From: Octopus vulgaris
Taxonomy: Eukaryota
NCBI GenBank assembly: GCA_951406725.2
Contig: OX597824.1
Location: forward strand, 95,914,001 to 95,978,000
Reading direction: 5' to 3'
Length of the DNA: 64,000 nt
Part shown: positions 51,843 to 64,000 of the stretch, one piece after another
Layout of the letters: each line of letters begins with the position of its first letter
Numbering within the stretch: position 1 is the first letter of the stretch
Made by a program: the position numbers and the translations under genes
The notes under the pieces: model-generated
Databases searched by the model: none
The model's input: only the letters and a program-made list of their open reading frames with translations
Told to the model about the DNA's origin: nothing

Positions 51843-52050
51843 TTGTGTGTCTGTGTTTGTCCCCCAACATCGCTTGACAACCGATGCTGGTGTGTTTACG
51901 TCTCCGTAACTACGCGGTTCGGCAAAAAGAGACCGATAGAATAAGTACTAGGCTTACAAAGAATAAGTCCTGGGGTCGATTTGCTCGACTAAAGGCGGTG
52001 CTCCAGCATGGCACAGTCAAATGAGTGGAACAACTAAAAGAGTAAAGAGA
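51607..52050 (+). mobile_element. SINE family B
   Basis: Matches other family B copies. Confidence 0.9.
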
Positions 52051-52189
52051 GTACTCTTTTTTTTATGTAGATTGATAAGCACTAAACACTCTCTGCTTTA
52101 GAAATGTATTAATTTGTACTTTGTATCCGTTAAATTGATCTTCCTTCGATTTTCATCCTATAAATATTGATTTATACAAATATTGCCAC

Positions 52190-52686
52190 AAGCACAAGGC
52201 CAGTAATTTTGGGAGAGGCGATAATTCGATTGCATCGAACCTCCAGTACTCAACTGGTACTTATTTTATCGACTACGAAAGGTAAAGTCAACCTCGGCGG
52301 AATTTGAACTCAGAACGTAGCAGCAGACGAAATACCTATTTCTTTACTACCCACAAGGGGCTAAACACAGAGGGGACAAACAAGGACAGACAAACGGATT
52401 AAGTCGATTACATCGACCCCAGTGCGTAACTGGTACTTAATTTATCGATCCCGAAAGGAGGAAAGGCAAAGTCGACCTCGGCGGAATTTGAACTCAGAAC
52501 GTAACTGCAGACGAAATACCGCTTCACATTTCGCCCGGCGTGCTAACGATTCTGCCAGATTGCCGCCTTCGAAAGGATTAATGGCAAAGTCAACCTCAGC
52601 GGAATTTGAACTCAGAACATAAAGACAGACGAAATGCCGCTAAGCATTTTGCCCGGCGTGCTAACAATTCTGCCAGCTCGCCGCCT
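52190..52686 (-). mobile_element. Cluster of SINE family C copies
   Basis: Three GGAATTTGAACTCAGAAC units. Confidence 0.85.
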
Positions 52687-53564
52687 TTTATCAGGCCTAT
52701 ATATATTACGTTCTATACACGACACAGTATGATTACATTTTAAGAGTTTTAAGTGGATGAATAAATATCAAACAGATCCTGCTTTAGAAGTGTTTCAATT
52801 TTGAGTCTATTCAGCACAATTTAGTTCTTTACTTTGCATAGTTTATTTCATACTTTAAGTATATATTTAGGTAGTCTCCAGAAAATCGGAAAATCTAGAA
52901 ATCCGGATCACTTCCTGTTCCAAGCTTGCCGGATATTTGGTCCGATGTTGCATAGGATTGGAAACAAATACATTTGTTGAGTGTACTTAAAATTCGTTCT
53001 AAAGAAATACGCCATTGAATGTAACAAATTTAAAACCTAATGTAGAATAACTTATCAGACTTGTCAAAAAACAGCTCTCAATAGTTTAATTATTATTGCT
53101 ATATATATATAATGTGTGTGTGTGAGTATGTGTGTGTCGTCTGATTTTGATGAAAGTGTGAAATATCTTCGTGTTAACATCGTTATGTCAGCAATGAAAC
53201 AGATGAATCATTAATTATTTAAAATGTAGGGCAATATATACGTGTGTCTGTGTGTGTGTGTCTATGTATCTGTGTGTGTGTGTGTGTGTGTGTGTTTTTG
53301 TGTGTAACGGTTGTGTGCGTGATTGGTAATCGGTAATAGGTTTGGTAGAGGCTGCGTATGGCAAGTTGGAAAGGCTGCATGTTTGTAATTTCAGGAAACT
53401 TGCTGAGTTATCTAGGTTGAACGGAATTTAACCTGGGATGGTGAGGAATTTGACGGGTGACACTCATAAATTTCGAGTGCAACTCCAGAGAACTACGAAA
53501 AGACGCTTGCAGAAACATTCAGACTTAGGTTTCAAATTCTGTTCGAAAATTCAGCATCCATTTG

Positions 53565-53635
<71 letters not shown>

Positions 53636-53653
53636 CACGCACACACGCACGCA

Positions 53654-53690
<37 letters not shown>

Positions 53691-54781
53691 ACACACACAA
53701 AATACAAAATGGGACAAGAACGCAAAACATCCGGACAGTTAAGTGATACAAAAAAGGGACAACAAAACATCCAGATGGACAATACAAAGAAAACAAGGAC
53801 GGGTCATTCGTAGTTTTTTTCCTCAGTCGAGTTCCAGATTATCTTCGTAATTTCGGCTGATTATACTTGAGGCTGCTCCAAACTGGCCATCCCCAACTAA
53901 GTACGGCATTTCCATCCCCAAATTCGCTACAGGCCAAATTAATTTGCTAGTTCACTGTCTTATTAAGCCGAATCTAATGGTAAAGGTATTCGGTTCACGA
54001 TTGTAAGGTCATGAGTTCAATTCCAAGCAATGTGTTGTGTCCTTGAGCAAGACACTTCATTTCATATTGCTCCAGTCCACTCAGCTGGCAAAAACAAGTT
54101 GTACATGTAATTCAATGGGACCAGCTTTGTCAAATTCTGTCTTACTCTGAATCTACCAGAGAAGTACGTTAAGGGTACGTGTGTCTGTGGAATACTCAGC
54201 CACTTGCATGCTTATTTCACAAGCAGGCTGTTCCATTAATCGGATCAACTGGAATACTCGCCGTAGTAACCAACGGAATGGTAATTGAATAAACCGAACC
54301 AAAATTGACTTAGCTTCCGAAAAATGAAAAGAAACCGATACAATGGACATGCTTTACAGTGCCACTGCACTCAGAGAACAACTCATACTCTTTATATTCT
54401 TCATCAACAATTTCCCCTCTGCACTGGGATTCCCTCTTTTCTACCTTTAATCCTTCCATCGATCGACAACCTCCATATTTCGTACGAATCAACTACAAAC
54501 CCTAATCCTAACCCACGCTTCTACATCGACTTTTTCTTCCTTCTCCCTATTTACTCGCATCCCATTCTTACCAAATCTGACATCTCATAATTCCTCTGGT
54601 TCTGCCGCTTCTGCAGCGAAGTCTCTAACTCCATTTCTAAATCGGAGCAAATGCATCGTTTCCCGATGCCCCACGCATCTCATGCAAGAAAACTGTCGTA
54701 CTTGCAGCATTTACGCCATTCACTCCTTTTGAAATCCGGGTTTCCCTTCTTCACTTTCTACCCTGCTTCTCAGCCATTTCA

Positions 54782-55161
54782 GTGAAGATCTCTCAACTGC
54801 TGGACGGGTTTCATCGACGCTGTCTACGTTCAACCCTAGGCATCTCTTATCGAGACAGAGCGAGAAACGAGAAAAACGTTAAGATCTGGTATGGAATGTT
54901 TGCAGGGCATGGTGACCAAGCAACGGATACAGTCAACAGGCCATGTGCTTCGATGACCGTAGGGAGACATGCTGCCATTGTGATGGAGTGGACGCCAGAA
55001 GGAGGAAAAAATACTGAGTGGAAGACGAAGGAAGATGTGGAGCAGTACGTTCTGGGACGACACGATAGCGACGAGTGGAGCTAAGAGGAAAGCGAACAAT
55101 CGGGGTGATTGAAGAAAGCTCGTTTCCCATTGTGCTATCAATACCTTGAGGATCTAAGAGC

Positions 55162-55165
<4 letters not shown>
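54782..55165 (+). pseudogene. RTE-like LINE 3' end fragment
   Basis: LDGFHRRCLRSTLGISYRDRARNE; short CTAAGAG repeat tail. Confidence 0.75.
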
Positions 55166-55195
<30 letters not shown>

Positions 55196-55594
55196 ATTAA
55201 AATGTCCTGATTTCAAGAAAAACTTGGCTGCAAATAAAACGTGGAATTCAGTTATTTCAATTTTCTTTCATAAACATGTTTTTACCTGCTGCCCCATTTA
55301 TATTAAATATTTATATATAAAAAAAAGTACTTGTTACGTCATCCTATTTAATATTAACAACCTAACACTATCAACAATAGTCACACATTCCTGCAGCTTA
55401 TATCACTTTACACTCGGTGTCTCGCAAATTTTTTTAAAATATAAATGTTTGACCATCTTGCAAAACCTGTTATTCATAATTATGTTACGCACAATTATGT
55501 TTAATAAAACAAGGTCACAAATGGTTTTCTATATTTTCTTTTCTAATTTGAAAAAAAAATTTATATGTGAAATGCGCCAGCAGTTTTATTTTTT

Positions 55595-56215
55595 ATTGCA
55601 TCGCCAGGTCTTCGATAAATCGTGGGAATATTGCCAAGAGGTGTATGCTTGGTTTGTAGACCTCGAATAGGCATACGACCGTGTGCCGTGGGCCAGGCAG
55701 AGGAGAGGTTTGTAGGAGTTTGGGACGAATGGGAAACTTCTGGTTACCGTGAACTCTCTATACGAATGCCGAGGTGTTTGTGTTCGAGTCAATGGTGCTA
55801 TCTCGAAAGCTTCCTGCGTGGGTGTTGAACTTCAGCTTGGGTGAGTATTGTCAGCTATCCTTTATATAATTTTTTATGAACCAGATTGACATGCATAGCC
55901 GTGGTGAAAGTGATATCACAGTCGATGGATGTAGGATAAGTTAGCTTGATATTTGCAAACGACACGATGCTACTCGGCTCATCAGAAAGTGGTTTTTTGC
56001 ATGTAACAACTTCCAGGTTTCGCAAGGCAGGGATGAGAATTAGTGTTTCAAAGACTAAGACAATGGTTCTCTCAAGAAAGTTTCCCCAGTGAATTCTGCA
56101 TATCAGTAAAACACTACCAGGACAATTGGAGGAATTCGCGCGTAATGAGAAGTAGGAGATTGAATTAGATGTTTGAAATGTAGGTGCTGACACAGTAATG
56201 CACCGGTTCCATCAT
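55595..56215 (+). pseudogene. RTE-like LINE RT fragment
   Basis: RQVFDKSWEYCQEVYAWFVDLE*AYDRVP, VRVNG, VLSAILYIIFMNQID and LIFANDTMLL. Confidence 0.8.
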
Positions 56216-56615
56216 TCAATGCTCAGAAAAGGGGCGGATTTGCATTCAGAACGTAAAGAGTTTAAATGAATGGCTCAAAGCATTTTTCCGACGCTCTGCA
56301 GAATCTGCCTTTAATTACAAACGCTGATTGTTTTGATATTATCTGATTATCAAACTCTTCTTCTTCAAGAGAGAGACTCTTGCAATGGAAGCTACCAAAC
56401 ACGGCCTCCGCTTCTCACACTCTTAGCGATTAATAAATGTGACATTAAGTCAAATGCTTTTTTTTATTTTAGCTATTACTAACTGTTGCAAATAAAGTGA
56501 AGTATTTCAATACCATAGAGACTCGCCCGTATAAAGGCTGGCATTTCTAGTGTACAGTTTAATTAAATCATGCACACAAGCAAAGATGTGTGTGTGTATG
56601 AACAGGAGCTTATAT

Positions 56616-56664
<49 letters not shown>

Positions 56665-56774
56665 TGCATACATACATGCATATACACACCAATATATGTC
56701 GGCAGTGCGTGTTTCTTTATCTGTATCTATCTATCTATCTAAAGCTATACACACACACTTACATGTATGTATGC

Positions 56775-56831
<57 letters not shown>

Positions 56832-56911
56832 GGTGACCACTCACAATACTGTATGACATCAAATACTGTTTTCCTTTCTCTTTCAACCTCCCTCAAATCT
56901 TTCTTTCCCTT

Positions 56912-56948
<37 letters not shown>

Positions 56949-57989
56949 TCTCTGAAATAGTGGAAAGAGAAAGTGCGAGATAGACAATGAGAAACACACA
57001 TGAAGAGAGACAGACAGACAGACGTTCGGACAAAAGAAGAGAAGGACAGAAATAAGAGAGATGATGGCGGCTGTGTGACATCTCATTGACATCAACTGTG
57101 TTCGTTGAAAACTTTTCTTGAGTTAACGCTTGAATAAATTTCTACTGAGTTAAATAATGTCAGATATAACAGACAATGTCGTGCTTGTATATTCCATCTA
57201 TGAACCAACATAGAATTATACTTTTTTAAGATTTCGTCGAGAGAATTCGCTAGAATGATGTTCTGTTCGGTGGCAATTCTGAGTCAATACTTACAAAAGA
57301 AATGGTATAACATTTCTCTCAGCTGATCGATTTGTCGAAGGCTGAGGTGTTTCAAAATTAAGACACCGTTGTCTTGATAAAGGCATTCATCTCTCAAAGC
57401 TATTTCCTTCAAGCCTACAATATAACCATTCTCGAGCAAATATTGGGCTCTCATACCAACATCGAATGTAATGACAGAAGAGAAATGTCCAAGGAGCTGA
57501 GCAGAGGGACTGAACCTGAAACTACGTAGTTGTAAAGCGAGCTTCATAACCACACAGTCATATCAGCACCTATAATATTTAAATATTCTAATTTTATGTT
57601 AATACGAGCAAAACGCCACCCCCGTCCAATGGACGGTTCTGAGTTGTCAAACATTTAAACCAAATTTTCTCAAAACAACTTGTCCGACCGTCCCATCGGT
57701 CTCCCCTTTGAGAAACACTGATTTAACCTAAATTTGAGACACCGGCGAAAGAAGAAATAAAGATAGACTTTTTTTTCTATTCCAAAGAAAAACGATTTTA
57801 TTCACACAAATATGCAACCGAAAAGTTTAAAGTACCAGTAATGATAAGGCTGTTGTCTGGGAGAACACAAACATGGTTTAAACAGTAAGCTTGGCAGGAA
57901 AGAGACGTGCCTTTAAGCAGTACAAAAACAACAAAAAATGGAAGGTGCAGTTATGTACAGGTTGACGGAAGAAAAACAGGACACAGACG

Positions 57990-58164
57990 GCTTTATCGAT
58001 CGCATTCTCACCTGGAATCGATTTTTGTAATTTTTTCAAGACTTATACACGCTCTGATACCGTCGGTATCTACATATCAAATTTGAGCGCCATCGGATGG
58101 AGGATGCCCGAGATCCTAGAAGATACACATACAGACAGACAGAACGGATTTTATATAATAGAGA
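57990..58164 (-). mobile_element. 5' end of a Helitron-like non-autonomous element
   Basis: Minus strand A|TCTCTATTATATAAAATCCGTTCTGTCTGTCTGT; no 3' hairpin/CTAG end found. Confidence 0.55.
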
Positions 58165-59114
58165 TATTAAAAGTCCTTAATATCGTCATAGTTTATCGTA
58201 TCACTTAAAACATATTATTAATACAATATATTATATATTGATATATATTATATTACTACAATATAAATTCTTAATTAAATATATTAAATATTTCTTATCT
58301 TTTAAATCTGGTTTTTGTAATTCGCGATACAAATAACAGTTCACGGTTTTACATTTAAATAATGGGAAAAGAGGCCAAACCACGCAATTGCTGAGCATGT
58401 AGGGAAGTGTACTCATAACCCATTGGCTGGAAAAAAACCACCTACGACTAATATATTATTTAATACATCAACGTTTGCCTTCATCTTCCCTTTCTTCCAT
58501 TCACTTTCTTTATTTTTTTTTTAATTTCCTTTTGTATTCTTTCTTCATTGTTTGTATAGCCATTCACATTTCATATAAGAACCCCTCGCACTTCCATCAA
58601 CTGACTTCTCCCCCGTGTTCTTTTGACACAGAAACTTATATAGAAATGTATTGGAATAATGACAAAATCTCGACGGTGTCTGATAGCCAAACCACTTGGA
58701 GAGAAAGGAGGAGAGAGGAGAGAGGAGAGACACAGGTGCATGGCGTCTAGTGTTGTATTTTTGACTGTTAAATGTAATTGTTGTAAAAAAAATCAACTAA
58801 ATTATACTATTATGATATCATGTGATTTTTTATTATTTAACTGACGTCGAGTCCTTTGCACAGAATGAGGTCGATCTTAAAAGGTGGGCGAAGAAACAGA
58901 CGACAAGAACGCACCTCGTGTTGTGGCGTCAAATACACACACACACGTGTGTGCGTGCGTGTGTGTGTGTGTGTGTGTGAGTGTGTGTGTAAATATGTGA
59001 ATCTCGAAACTTTGAAGTCACTGCCAACAACATTCTTGTTTAAGAATAATGAATTCGTACTCTACAAAAGACAATAATATATATATGTATACATTATGTG
59101 TATGTTTACATGCA

Positions 59115-59154
59115 TACAGACAGACAGACAGACAGGTAGGCAGACAGAGAAACG

Positions 59155-59220
<66 letters not shown>

Positions 59221-59265
59221 GAGATAGATAGATAGATAGACAGAGAGATAGATAGGTAGACAGAG

Positions 59266-59336
<71 letters not shown>

Positions 59337-59548
59337 CAGGTAGGCAGATAGAGAAACAGACAGGCGGACGGACAGCCAGGCAGATAAGCAGACATACTGA
59401 TAGACAGACAGACAAGGAGACAGACAGACAGATAAATAGCTAGACAGACAGACAGACATAAATAGATAGATAGATGATAGATAGATAGATAGATAGATAG
59501 ACAAACAGACAGACTGACACATACATATATATATATATATAGATAGAT

Positions 59549-59600
<52 letters not shown>
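59115..59600. repeat. (GATA)n/(GACA)n microsatellite
   Basis: Direct reading. Confidence 0.95.
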
Positions 59601-59601
<1 letters not shown>

Positions 59602-60871
59602 TGATTGAAGCACCGTTTGGTAAGTCTTTATGCTTTATCAAAGTTGATCCGTTAAGCTCTGAATAACTCTTTCATAATTGTAAAGCAAAACCCAGTAAGA
59701 AAGAGGGGAAGAGAGAGGGAACAGAGAGAGAGAGGGAACAGAGAGAGAGAGAGAGTCACCTAAAACGCATGCTTTAGCCGTTCGCATCTTCACACTCGGT
59801 TTTATTTGCACTTAACCGTACCCGCACAATAAAACATTTCCACCCGCAACACACGCGTCAATGCACATACACACATGCACAAACAAGCGCACGCACACAC
59901 ATATAGACGCACGCATACATGTACAAGCACGCATACGCACGCACACAGGTACACATGCACTCTCGCTACATATGCATATTCATACAGGCGGACATGCGCG
60001 CCAGCAAAAAACATGGACTCCGATACACACGCGCACATTTGCATAGACACATGGAGAAGGCGAGCGTGCACGCTTATGCACACACACAAACACACACACA
60101 CGAGTACAAACGTACATGCGTGCATACACACACACACATACACATGATATCTTGTCCACAGAGTGAGGGAAAGGAAGTGTGTTGGAGAGAGAGAGAGAGA
60201 GAGAGAGAGATAGGCTGAAAGAGAGAGGGGGAGACAGAGAGTGAGAAAGGCAGACGTGAAGTTGGAAGCCATTTGTAAACGTAACGCATAGAAAGTCTGG
60301 AAACAGGCTGACTCATGAACAGGCATGTCTATTAAGTGACACAAAGTCAGTGAGACAAATCAAACGGAGTAAACTACTCATAACTAAAAATAGCGAAGAG
60401 ACGAGGTAGAAAGTGGGGGGTTTCTTATTGAATACAATTGGAACAAAAGAGACAAAGGTACACTCTTGGTGAAACGATTTGCCGTTTTCGTTGTCTCTCT
60501 CTTTTTTTTTAAATAAAAAACCTCTTGAGTAAAAATGTCTGTGAAACAATACGAATGCCTGTGCGTAAATGCATGTCTATATGCACGTTTGTGTGTGTGG
60601 TTGCTCATTAGATGCACGTATTAGACGTACATCAATGTACCTGTCTGTATGTTTGTATATCCGGTTGCTCCTCGTTACATGCATACGAGTATGCACGTAT
60701 TACACGCGTGTGTGTATTCATGGGGCTTGTTCTAATGTTCTAAGAGTGTAAGCGATGTGTGCTTACCAACGAACTAAGATCCTTCCAACCGTACACGTGT
60801 GTGTATGTATATTTGTATATATGATTGTATGAGTAAGTACATGTCTCTATGTGTGAGTTTAGGTACGTATC

Positions 60872-60913
<42 letters not shown>

Positions 60914-61971
60914 TATGTCTTTGTATGGGTGCACGCGTATGTGTGTATTTGTATGTATGTATTCAAATGTATGTACACCCACGCATATTTACTTAGATTG
61001 TTTTTCTCTCAGACCAAGAACCCGACCGAATTTTGTGTTGTTTCAAGCAAACCACGCCTTCTGCGCCACCTTCTCGAGGGACATCTGGAATGTTTTCTAG
61101 AGCTAATTCAATTACACAGATGTTAAGCTAAAATATCCAAATGTAAAACAGTCGTTAATGAATGATATTTAATTCTTTCTGTTGCTTTTAGCACTGGTAT
61201 ATTGTTGAAAACTAGGTCTTTGGATTCTCTTACACCTATACATCTTTTGTTATTACTGAAGGTGGACAGTCGTGGTTGAAGGTCCAGTCGTTTAAGAAGT
61301 TGCTCAATATGGTGTGTGGAATTTAATCGCCTCTGCCAAAACAAACTCCCACCTATGCATCGCATTGTAGCCTTGCTACCCCTAAATAGGGTCGGGTATG
61401 AAAGCGAGAGTTCAGCGCTATGACATGACCGTTGAGATTACCCTCCTAAAATCCAGTATGCCTCTGCTCCGGGATCCTGCAGTTACTGGCGGTTTTGACT
61501 TCTTCAAGTATCTTACGGCAGATTTCCGTCTTCTGGAAAATCCAACGTACGCCCGTTCTGAAATATGGCGATTTCCTTAGTTGGTGCTACTATTGCTACT
61601 TGTTAACATTCGTTGACAAACGACGGGTTAATACTATCACCTAAATTTGGGACGGCGGAATTTTGGATTAGGTACTCGGGTATCTCGTGGGAAAGGAAAA
61701 ACGGGTTGTTTGGGGGAGAGATGGGTACTACTCCTGTGATTCATACAACGGCAATTTTTTTCAAAATAGTTATTTATTTATTTATTTATTACATTTTTGC
61801 TCTCCACCCCACTTTCGCAACTTTTTCTTTTTGCATTTGGTATGGGATTCGTAATCAAAAATATGCCATTGAGACTTTGTAGAGTCTTTGCTGCCGAAAT
61901 ACGAATACACGAAGAGAGTCAAATATCGAAGGCAGGGGTTGCGAAATTACAGTGTAACTGATACAGGGACT

Positions 61972-62305
61972 TGGGCGTGGCTCTGTGTGAGAAGTTTGCT
62001 TCTCAACGGCATGGTTCCAATTTAGTCCTACTGCGTGGAAACTTGGGCCAACCAAAGCCATGTGAGTTGATCTGGTAGACGGAAACTGAAAGAAACCCAT
62101 CGTGTGTGTGTGTGTTTGTGTCTGTGTTTGTCCCCCGCCACCGCTTGACAAATGGTATTGATGTATTTACGCTCCCGTAACTTAGCGGTTCGGCCAAAGC
62201 GATCGATAAAATTAAGTACCAGGCTTTAAAAAAATGAGTACTGAGGTTGATTCAAGGCTGTGCTCCAGCATGGCCGCAGTCTAATGACTGAAACAAGTAA
62301 AAGTA
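61972..62305 (+). mobile_element. Diverged SINE family B
   Basis: Matches other family B copies. Confidence 0.8.
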
Positions 62306-62856
62306 ATTAAATAAAGTTATCAGTTAAAGCTATGAGTTTTTCTCATCCATATACGTTACGTTGTAAATGCATAAACGCACATATTACCAGTTAATAATCT
62401 GTTTAATTACTTTAATTTATCGTATTCAAATGAAATATAATATATATTCATCATACATATATGTACTTGCTTTAAATTTTATAGGAATACATACTTTAAC
62501 TTATTTAAACTTATTTGCAAGTCTTATATCAGAAAAGAGCATATTCATGAGTTACTGTTTGAACCACCGAATACGTCGTTAAAAAATTTGATATTATTCA
62601 GCTTTAGAATATTTATGTAGGTACGGATGTATGGAATAACATACACAAGAATAGGTTCTCAGGGAAATGAAATTTCTGTTTCAGTTGTAGAAAGAGGGCA
62701 AAAAAACATATGTAGTGGCTGTTGTTAACGACTAGCAAAGAAAGGGGGAGATAATTTCGAGACGTTAAGAATTATCTGTTATGCTTGGGCAGAAAATGTA
62801 GTATTTACTAACAAGATGAGAGCTACTGGTGTGTTTCGTCATTATTAGAACTTGTT

Positions 62857-63482
62857 AAGGCGGCGAACTGGCAGAATCGTTAGCACGCCGGGGGAAATGC
62901 GTAGCGGTATTTCGTCTGCCGCTATGTTCTGAGTTCAAATTCCGCCGAGGTCGACTTTGCCTTTCATCCTTTCGGGGTCGATAAATTAAGTACCAGTTAT
63001 GCACTGGGGTCGATATAATCGACTGAATCCGTTTGTCTGTCCTTGTTTGTCCCCTCTGTGTTTAGCCCCTTGTGGATAGTAAAGAAATAGGTATTTCGCC
63101 CGTCGCTACGTTCTGAGTTCAAATTCCGCCGAGGTCGACTTTGCCTTTCATCCTTTCGGGGTCGATTAAATTAGTACCAGTTACGCACTGAGGTCGATAT
63201 AATCGGCTTATCCCTTCCCCAAAATGTCAGGCCTTGTGCCTATCGTAGAAAGGATTAGAACTTGTTGGCAGCGACCTGGCAGAATCGTTAGCAGGCCGGG
63301 GGAAATGCATGGCAGTATTTCGACTGTTTTTACGTTCTGAGTTCAAATTCCGTCGAGGTCGACTTTGCTTTTCGTCCTTTCGGAGACGATAAATTAAGTA
63401 CTAGTGAAACACTGGGGTCGATGTAATCGACTAGTCCCCCTCCTCCAAAATTTCAGGCCTTGTGTCTTTAGCAGAAAGGCTT
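62857..63482 (+). mobile_element. Two tandem SINE family C insertions
   Basis: Heads at ~62859 and ~63267; ATTAGAACTTGTT occurs before, between and after them. Confidence 0.85.
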
Positions 63483-64000
63483 ATTAGAACTTGTTCAATC
63501 AAAAGACATACTTTTTTTTTTACAATTACATTGTTATATTTTTTAGGTAATAGTAACTATTTGCATGATTACAAAAAGCGTGTTAATGGAAATAACTAAG
63601 GTGGACCAATGACATTGATTCAAATAATTCTGGTTGTATTGATTCCATACTGAGTGACAAACACAAATAATTCACAATGAAATTGAATTTGCCTCTTATT
63701 TGCAACAAGGAAACAAAAATCCAGTGGTTTTTGTGTCTCGCTGATGAGGTCATAATAGAGTTGGAACTTGTTCACAGTTGTCTCTTTAGTATGATGAAAT
63801 AGAATAATATTTGCCCTTGACTAATATCATCTTTCTACCATCATTTAATTATTTCTAGCTGGTTAAATATTAATATATTAAACAGAAACATTATTATTTC
63901 TAAATCTCTCAAACAGATATATTCAGTAACAGTACTTTCAAGTAAAGACTATTTGCCAACATAATGTGGCAGTCCTGGATGGGACGATTGTCGTTTGTGT

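Noticed and set aside
57284-57553. 89-aa ORF (and short ORFs at 61123-61580)
   Set aside because: Starts in a SINE remnant or shows no recognisable motif or splice structure
63735-63785. CTGATGA hammerhead-like core
   Set aside because: No convincing stem II or GAAA partner

Overview
Eukaryotic, AT-rich and extremely repeat-dense DNA with tRNA-headed SINEs, RTE-type LINE fragments, mariner/maT, hAT and Helitron remnants, and long microsatellites. The repeat set resembles an octopus/cephalopod genome (inference). Almost all ORF-track entries are microsatellite or SINE artefacts. One convincing host gene lies on the minus strand: a secreted M4-family (thermolysin/vibriolysin/pseudolysin-like) zinc metalloprotease, a family typical of bacteria. 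Here it has eukaryotic gene structure: TATA box, GCCACC-ATG, a 28-nt signal-peptide exon (13898-13925), an 8434-nt phase-1 GT-AG intron, one 1910-nt exon with the propeptide, catalytic and C-terminal regions (3554-5463), and AATAAA signals. The predicted protein is 645 aa, and the gene is a candidate domesticated horizontal transfer. Its intron holds a ~1.65-kb fold-back palindrome whose arms end in minimal hammerhead-ribozyme motifs of a tRNA-box-bearing retroelement; further hammerhead motifs occur at about 17.5 kb and 36.7 kb.
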